DNA from: an uncultured Hormoscilla sp.
GTDB taxonomy: Bacteria > Cyanobacteriota > Cyanobacteriia > Cyanobacteriales > Desertifilaceae
Assembly (NCBI GenBank): GCA_963921275.4
Contig: OZ001293.3
Coordinates: forward strand, 896,001-960,000
Direction: 5' to 3'
DNA: 64,000 nucleotides
In this document: piece by piece, positions 56,748 through 64,000 of the stretch
Numbering within the stretch: the stretch's first letter is position 1
Layout of the letters: the number at the start of each line of letters is the position of its first letter
Translations under genes and position numbers: made by a program
The notes under the pieces: model-generated
Seen by the model: only the letters and a program-made list of their open reading frames with translations
The model's database searches: none
Told to the model about the DNA's origin: nothing

Positions 56748-57282
56748 TTAAAAGTCTTGAGGATAACCGCTTTCGACAATTTGACAGGCTATCTGTTCGT
56801 AGACAGAGGGATTCTCTGGGGCAATGGTTGCTAAACCATCCACGTAACGATTATACATGCAAAAGGCAGCAGCAATCAATACGGTATCGTGAATTTCCCG
56901 ATCGCTGGCACCTTGTTTCCGCGCCCGTTCGACGTCTGCTTCTGTTACGAGATTCCCTCCCATTTGGACTTTGCCAGCAATTGCGAGCAGGGCCTTCATT
57001 TTCTCGCTGATGTCTGCGCTTTCAATATCCTGCTTGACAGCATCTACCGCAGGACTTTTCTCTTGCAGCAGTTCTCGGGCGATCGCCCCATGAGCCGAGC
57101 TGCAAAAATTGCATTCATTCCGGTAAGATACATAGGAAGCAATCAGTTCTCGTTCTCCCTGGGATAAGGGCGACTCCTCGCAGCAGTTCTGCTAATTGGT
57201 TTAGAGATTTACCGGTGTCCGGTCGATATTTGAACAAACCTAAAATTCCCGGTAAACCTGCTGGTAAATTAATATGTGGCAT
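56748..57282 (-). pseudogene. Carboxymuconolactone decarboxylase/AhpD-like peroxidase, frameshift near 57175
   Basis: MPHINLPAGLPGI...; ERELIASYVS..NECNFCSSAH; FCMYNRYVDGL. Confidence 0.8.
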
Positions 57283-57982
57283 TTTCTCTCCTGATTATCT
57301 GGCGACTGATATCGAGATTATTTGTTACCCGTTTTAACAAATGCCGCTGGACTTGAGTTAATCCTATTTGCGGGCGTATATGAGCGATCGCTGCTTCTGC
57401 TTGCGTCCCATTTTCCGCTAGCTTCTTGGCAACTAAAAGGGCAGCGGCAACTGTGGCCGATCGCCCGTGTCCCAAGGCACAATGAATATACATGTTTCCC
57501 TGCCACAGGACAAGTTGTTTGAGGAGTTCCCTAAAGGGGCGATCGCCGGGCACCATTCCGTCCAAGGTGGGAAGGCAGATATAAGTTTTTCCGGCTATTA
57601 CCTTTGGCACGGCAGGAAATTCCGCAGTTAGATCGACTATTAAATTAATATTAGCAGGCAGTTCGTGCCAAAAGGGTCGGCGTCCCAACCAAATTCCCGG
57701 CCCGATCTCGTGACAGCATTCCTCTTTACTTGCTATTCTTTGTACGTGCCAGATACTCCAGGTGAGTAATAGATAGGGCAATAATAGGGCGATCGCCCAC
57801 CAGGCCATGCTGCCGTCGGACTGCTTGCCAAATACCTTTGCTCCTAACCCCCCATAGGCTATGCCTACAATGATAAAACTAACACCGCACCAGCAGAAAA
57901 GCCAGCTCGCAATATCTGTCTGGAGGGAGAGGACGATCGCGCCTATTACGTTTGTGATAAAGATAAAACTATACTTCATCAA
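57269..57982 (-). CDS. Membrane-anchored dual-specificity phosphatase
   Basis: N-terminal TM helices; IHCALGHGRSA (CX5R). Confidence 0.88.
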   Translation of the reverse strand: MMKYSFIFITNVIGAIVLSLQTDIASWLFCWCGVSFIIVGIAYGGLGAKVFGKQSDGSMAWWAIALLLPYLLLTWSIWHVQRIASKEECCHEIGPGIWLGRRPFWHELPANINLIVDLTAEFPAVPKVIAGKTYICLPTLDGMVPGDRPFRELLKQLVLWQGNMYIHCALGHGRSATVAAALLVAKKLAENGTQAEAAIAHIRPQIGLTQVQRHLLKRVTNNLDISRQIIRRENATY

Positions 57983-58194
57983 CCAATATCATGTCTGATT
58001 AAATGTTTATAATAAAAAATGGATCATCTGTAGGTTGAGTTGAGGCACGAAACCCAACACGCTTTGTTTCGCATTCCACCTTCTGGTATAATTCCCCTTT
58101 CTCCCCTTGGTGGGCGGTATACAATTCCCCTTGGTGGGCTGTACTTCATCAGTTATATCAAATCCAGCCTTGGTGGGCACCGCCCACCCTACAT

Positions 58195-59199
58195 TCAAAC
58201 AGTATAACTAATTGTTACTACCCCTACCCTGTCTGAGGAGGAAGTTTCTCCCAAGGCATAGTGAACTGTACACCATTCCCCACCCAGAATGAAATTGAGA
58301 TTGTAAGTCTTGGCATTGTGCAGTTGTTCTGCAAAAAAATCGATAAAGTCTAACTCGAACTTGTTTTCGCTGAGTACTTCTTCTAATTCCTCTCTTGCTT
58401 CTGCTAATTCTGCTTCTATTTCCTCAAGTTCTTCTGTCCCACCTTCTCCTTGTTCCTCAAGTTCTTGTTCCAGTTCCGCTATTTCTTCTTGATACTCCTC
58501 TATTTCTCTGCCGTACTCATCAGAGACTCTCATAAAGTCCTTGATTTCCTTTACTTCTAAAAATCCGGCCTTCTCTAATAACTCGTGCATCACATCCTCG
58601 CGACTATCTGTGACGACAATCTCCCAATCATTCCCCACGTACAAGCTATTTTCTGACGCTTTCGTTTTTTGCTCCATTTGACTGGCGATCGCCTGAATTT
58701 GCTCCACCAGTTGAGCGGTACTTGCGCTAACTGATTCTAGATCGGGCATGACGCATACTGGCGATGTGCTAAATCCTGATTGCTGCTTAAGTCCCAATCC
58801 AATCCATTCTCCAGAACTCGACGAACATATTATCATGGGAATTCCCAAACTGCCAAACCAACCACTTTCAACTGGAAACCATTCTTGCAATTCACCTGGG
58901 AGTTTGACTAGACGATAGCCATATATCCTTAAGTCCCGATCGGCCAGCAGCGATAGCAGATTTTCGTAAGGTCCGATCGCCGTTTTTGGTTGGGTGTGGC
59001 GAATGCGATCGAGAAAATATGCCGGTTCCAAAGGAATCAGACCTTTGTTATCCACCAGGAAGTTTTCTAATGTGAACGGACCTTTTTCATCCACGTCCCA
59101 AGCGACTATCTCATAAGGTGCATCCCCGACTAAGCTGTAAAACTCGTCTTTTGTTAACTCTGACAGGGCCGCAACTATTTGCTCGGTTTCCGCTTTCAT
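58195..59199 (-). CDS. Acidic protein, possibly with nuclease A inhibitor (NuiA)-like domains
   Basis: LSELTKDEFY..GDAPYEIVAW N-terminus; Glu-rich coiled coil; GV.TIS.TV end. Confidence 0.5.
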   Translation of the reverse strand: MKAETEQIVAALSELTKDEFYSLVGDAPYEIVAWDVDEKGPFTLENFLVDNKGLIPLEPAYFLDRIRHTQPKTAIGPYENLLSLLADRDLRIYGYRLVKLPGELQEWFPVESGWFGSLGIPMIICSSSSGEWIGLGLKQQSGFSTSPVCVMPDLESVSASTAQLVEQIQAIASQMEQKTKASENSLYVGNDWEIVVTDSREDVMHELLEKAGFLEVKEIKDFMRVSDEYGREIEEYQEEIAELEQELEEQGEGGTEELEEIEAELAEAREELEEVLSENKFELDFIDFFAEQLHNAKTYNLNFILGGEWCTVHYALGETSSSDRVGVVTISYTV

Positions 59200-59230
59200 G
59201 ACATTCTACCTCCAAAGCTCATCCTATTAT

Positions 59231-59390
59231 ACCCCTCGTTCCCAGTCTCTGGCTGGGAACGGGACTTCAGAGGCTCTGCCTCTAGTTACAACTACTGCAA
59301 TTATACTCCTGCTTACCCCTCGTTCCCAGTCTCTGGCTGGGAACGGTGCTCCAGAGGCTCTGCCTCTAGTTACAACTACTGCAATTATAC
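59231..59390. repeat. Two tandem ~84-bp REP-like repeats
   Basis: ACCCCTCGTTCCCAGTCTCTGGCTGGGAACGG...AGAGGCTCTGCCTCTAGTTACAACTACTGCAATTATAC x2. Confidence 0.88.
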
Positions 59391-59609
59391 CCCATAACGC
59401 AGCATTCATCGCTGTTGGGTTGAGGCACGGATACTGTTGGCGAATGTGCTACCAAGCATCTTACATTGAGTATTACTAATCGCCCAAGTAAAGATTTCTC
59501 GTTCTTGTAGCACGATCTTATTCGTCTTTCGAGATGGATTTCGCCAACAGCATCAGGCACGAAACCCAACCTACATTCTGACATTATCAATTCCCCATCT
59601 CTTCGCACC

Positions 59610-62270
59610 TTATCTGGTCATCTGCCACAACCTTATCGTACCATCGGCACTCCCGGAAACGAGGATTTGACCGTCCCGACTAAAAGCAACAGCTGTCACC
59701 GCGCCAGCATGTCCTTCTATGGGTTTTATTTCTTCCCCTGATGCTACATCCCAGCACCGCACTGTCTTATCGGCACTCCCAGAAGCCAGTATTTTACCAT
59801 CATTGCTAAATGCAACGCTGGTCACATCATCTGCATGTTCTGCTAGTCTGTTTAGTTCTTCTCCTGATGCCACATCCCACAACTGCACTGTTTTATCAGC
59901 ACTCCCAGAAGCAAGAATTTTGCCATCATTACTAAATGCCACGCCAGTCACGGATCCATCTTCTTGTAGTTGCTTTAATTGTTGCCACGAACCCGCATCC
60001 CACAACCATAGGTTTCCATATCTACATCCAGAAGCGAGGAATTTGCCATCAGGAGAAAAGGCGATGCCAGTCACGCGACTACTACTGCCATGTGCCAACA
60101 ATACTTCCATCTGTTTCCCCGATGCTACATCCCACAACTCGATTTTATCACTCCAAGGAGAACCCAAAGCGAGGGTTTTGCCATCTGGACTAAACGCTAA
60201 ACTGCCTGCTTCCGAACGACCTCCTTCTAGTTGCCCTAGTGATTGTCCCGACCCGACATCCCACAATATTACCTTATCCCTCCACAGGCAAGCAGAAACT
60301 ATTGTTTTTCCATCTGGACTAATGGCAACTCGGATCTCCTTACCCTCATGTCCTTCTAGTTGCCGCAGTTCTTGCCCCGATGCCACATCCCAGCACTGCA
60401 CTATTGAATCGTAACTACTCCCGGAAACCAGGATTTCACGATCGGGACCGTTAGGGGCGATCGCCAGGTTGGTGACGCCATTAGTCCCTTCTAGTCGCCT
60501 AATTTCCTGCCCCGATGCCCCATCCCACAATCGCACTTTCCCATTCTGACTGCCAGAGATTATTTTTTGACCATCCTGAGTAAAGGCAACGCAATTTACT
60601 ATACCATCATCTCCTTCCAGTTGCTGTAGTAACTGTCCCGATCGCAGATCCCACAACTGCACCATAGTCGGGGTCGAGCTGGGGGTCGCCCCCCAACCCT
60701 CCCATTCGAAACCGGACATGCGACTTTCACCGCTGGGGCTTGTCCTTAGAACAGTTAGGGATTACTCCCATTGTCCCTCATCTCATGTAATTTCTCCCCT
60801 TTCCTGGTTGGTAAGTGGCACTGCCAGATAATTTTTAGTATTACCATTTTCTCAAGTCTGTTTTACCAGTCATCCCACCTTAGCTACGCCAGGTATTGGG
60901 GCATGTTAGGGATACTTTTGCCCAAGATTTCCTACTTTCACCAACCCGCGTCTGCATGTTGAGGCATTATTATCTGTTCCTCAACTTATCCATAGGAATT
61001 ACCCTAGGCATTAGCTTCTCGGGCTATCTCTCCCCTCATGGCTTACGCTTTACATCTAACTCGTCCAAATGAGGACAGCACATGAGAGGTTACTTCGTTC
61101 CCTGGTATCATTTCGCGATACTTTTAGGCCCCTGCTATCCTCCGGGAGTTCTTCGAGCACGATGCTGATAAAGGAAAACTACTAGCACTAACTTCCATTT
61201 CCCTTTTGGGCCAGCGTATAAGCCTTATTCCGCTGGTTTAACTTAACGAAGTTTACACAGGTTCGCTTGCTCTAACCTTGAGTATCTTTCCTAGCGGTGT
61301 CACTGACATAGGCTGCCAGCTATCCTACATTTAAGTCCTTGCTTCGCACCGCAGCGATGTGACTCCGCAGCACTAAGGACCGGTGTCACCCCCATGCTTA
61401 GGGGAGGGGAATTTAACCCCTATGAATACCAGAGTTACCAGTTTGGACCTGGCCTAGTGTTCCGTATTTGACTACGTTAGACTAGAAAAAATCGCACTTC
61501 CTTAAAATTATCACAAGCACAAGCAAGGATTTGACCGTCCGGACTAAAGGCCAAGCTATGGGTGCTACCTCTAGTTTCCAGTTTCCGTAGTTGTCGTGCC
61601 GATGCCACATCCCATACATAACACTTCTTCGGCGATCGTTTGACCGTCCGCACTAAAGGTCAGGTTGGCGATATCTCTATTAATTCCAGTTTCTAGTTGC
61701 TGTAGTAGTTGCCCTGATGCTATATCCCACAAATATACCATCCCATCCTTTCCTCCAGAGGCGATCGTTTGACCATCTGGACTGAACCACTCAATATTCG
61801 ATCGAAATGTCTTTTTAGTTGTCGGATTTTTTGCCCCGATCCAATATCCCACAACTTCACATTGTCTTCTCCTCGGACAGCAGCAGCGATTATTTGATTG
61901 TTCCGACCGAACGACTTAAAACATCACCACCATGTCCTTCTAGTCGCCGTCGAACTTGCCCCGATGTCAGATCCCACAAATAGATATCCTGATGCCAACT
62001 CAATGCTAATATATTACCGTCGGGACTGAGAACTCCACCTGTAGCAGGACTATCTATCTCCCAGAGAATTTCGTTATTACTGAAGTTCCATAATGCTGCG
62101 CCGCTACTCGAACAGAGTATCGCCAACTGATTATTCAGGGGAATAACATTGTTTATGCTACCCCGCCCCAGTCGTTTTACCATCCCCTGTTCTTTCAGGA
62201 ATGGTAAGATAAAATTACCTCCCAGAGTTATCACATTTGCTGATGAGGGCGATGTCTGTCTATTTCCCAT
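59610..62270 (-). pseudogene. WD40-repeat gene interrupted by a group II intron and frameshifts
   Basis: Repeated VAFS.DGK.LASGS.D.TV.LWD; the 5' part is broken into several frames. Confidence 0.88.
60666..61497 (-). ncRNA. ORF-less group II intron, copy 2 (domain V partly degenerate)
   Basis: GTGCG at 61497; collinear with copy 1; removal rejoins DNFKE|MVQLWD. Confidence 0.92.
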
Positions 62271-62355
62271 AGCTTTAATTTTTTAAACTCTGCTTAACAA
62301 TCGGAACGGAAGCAGTTCCGATAATTTTTATATCTTCCGTCCCCAATGAATAGTC

Positions 62356-62973
62356 TTAGTTATTATCCTTCTTTTGCAAAATAATCATTCCTCGAGAACG
62401 ATCGCATGACGAATCTTTATCGACACATGCTTGATACATCAGATCTATAGGACACTTCCAGAAACGAGTGTATCGCTTAGGATTTGTATCGGCAATCGTG
62501 ATTTCACGAGAACTGGGATTATAGTCTGCTAAAAGCGAAAAATGTCCTCCTTCCAGATTGGGGTTGTTGTGAGCAATTTTGGTATTAAAGTTGAAAATGT
62601 GAATGTCACTTGTATTTGAAACAGCTTTTTCCACAGTTTCCATAAACTTCTCCAGCGTCATTGATGGATTGTCAAAATATTCCATACTCACAGTGAGTGG
62701 TAAGTTGGCATTCTCGACATATTTTACACAGGTATCGTATGTCTCCGCCAATGTCATGCCATCATCTAGAACCGAAGCGATCGGTAGCCTCGTTACATAT
62801 AAAATATCATCTACCGTTGTCGGAAAGCCTAACGCCGTTGCCGCATAGGCGATCTCCGTGACGTTACAACAACGAATCGGTTGTTGTAATTCGCTCAGCT
62901 TAATATTGTCCATATCTTTCATGATTGCTCTCCTCTTTTCCTGTGATTTGTTTCTACTTCTTGTACGGGACAT
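62356..62973 (-). CDS. Phytochelatin synthase-like papain-fold protein
   Basis: QQPIRCC, GGHFSLLADY, IADT, SRG motifs. Confidence 0.75.
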   Translation of the reverse strand: MSRTRSRNKSQEKRRAIMKDMDNIKLSELQQPIRCCNVTEIAYAATALGFPTTVDDILYVTRLPIASVLDDGMTLAETYDTCVKYVENANLPLTVSMEYFDNPSMTLEKFMETVEKAVSNTSDIHIFNFNTKIAHNNPNLEGGHFSLLADYNPSSREITIADTNPKRYTRFWKCPIDLMYQACVDKDSSCDRSRGMIILQKKDNN

Positions 62974-63118
62974 CTTCGTAAAATAGCTTCTAGGTCATCT
63001 TTACCCGCCAGCTTAATGTTTTTTTAAGATTTGCCCTTGTCTCAGCGGGTTGATACCGGCGATCGCACCTGGTACTGAACCGATTGGATCTCATAGGCTA
63101 TGGCACACTTTTATCATA

Positions 63119-63701
63119 TCATAGGGGTTTACGGGCCATAAATGCTGCATGGGCTGGCGGCAGATTGTAGGAACCGTGACGGCGTATAATCTCAACTTGG
63201 AAACCCACTCGACCCAGTTCTTCTGCCAGATCGGTTGCTTTGTATAGCTGCTGATGGTGGACTTCATCATCCCGTAGGTAATGTTCCCCCACTTGGCGCA
63301 AGCTGATAATTCTACGAGTTAATATTTCCCGTTCTCTATCCTCGGACTTCTCGAACATTACGATCCAATCTTCTCCTTCCTTGAACCCCTGATTTGTGCT
63401 TCCTGACGTTACCTGTCCTGGTTCGGCAATGTCGAAGATTAACAGACCTCCAGAACTTAACCCATTGTATATGCGATCGCACAGCTGCACCACCCCCGCC
63501 CGATCGCCATCTGGGTCGAACAAATAGTTAAAGCATTCCCCAACGGAGATCGCCGCATGACAAGGGGGGATATCTATTTGGAACAGCGACCCGAGAATCA
63601 AGTCAGCATCTGGCACTCTCCTGCGAGCAATTAATAGCATTGACTCGGAGATATCCACTCCGAGAACGCGATAACCAGCATTTGTGAGTGCTTGGGTCAA
63701 T
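63119..63701 (-). CDS. Class I SAM methyltransferase, 3' exon
   Basis: GYRVLGVDISESML, GECFNYL, GGLLIFD; motif I lies beyond the intron. Confidence 0.8.

Positions 63702-64000
<299 letters not shown>

Noticed and set aside
59610..60719. ORF-track N-terminus MSGFEWEGWGATPSSTPT of the WD40 ORF
   Set aside because: It is translated intron domain V/VI sequence; the true exon starts at 60665.

Overview
Chromosomal window from a cyanobacterium, judged by dense HIP1 (GCGATCGC) sites, sasA, chlM, glgC, short-form hisG and a cyanobacterial-type tRNA-Glu; it is probably filamentous. Intact housekeeping genes sit among heavily eroded accessory DNA: IS remnants (ISKra4, IS1, IS4, IS630, IS66 types), about ten toxin-antitoxin modules or fragments, and many single-hit pseudogenes. 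Main points: (1) a defence-type locus at 30.5-36.0 kb, with a permuted TerY-P triad, a DNA methyltransferase and a truncated restriction endonuclease, interleaved with an array of ~197-bp non-coding promoter-plus-hairpin repeats that break at HIP1 sites and bracket gene fragments; (2) a family of tiny CGATGTCTC...GAGACATCG hairpin elements nested up to four deep, one hosting a group II intron; (3) three ORF-less group II introns, with EBS1 co-varying with the target site in the two complete copies and an apparent one-base 3' extension; (4) TA cassettes bracketed by 45-100 bp direct duplications of neighbouring sequence; (5) a dispersed palindromic repeat inserted in frame in a membrane protein gene. 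All calls were made by eye; no database searches were run.
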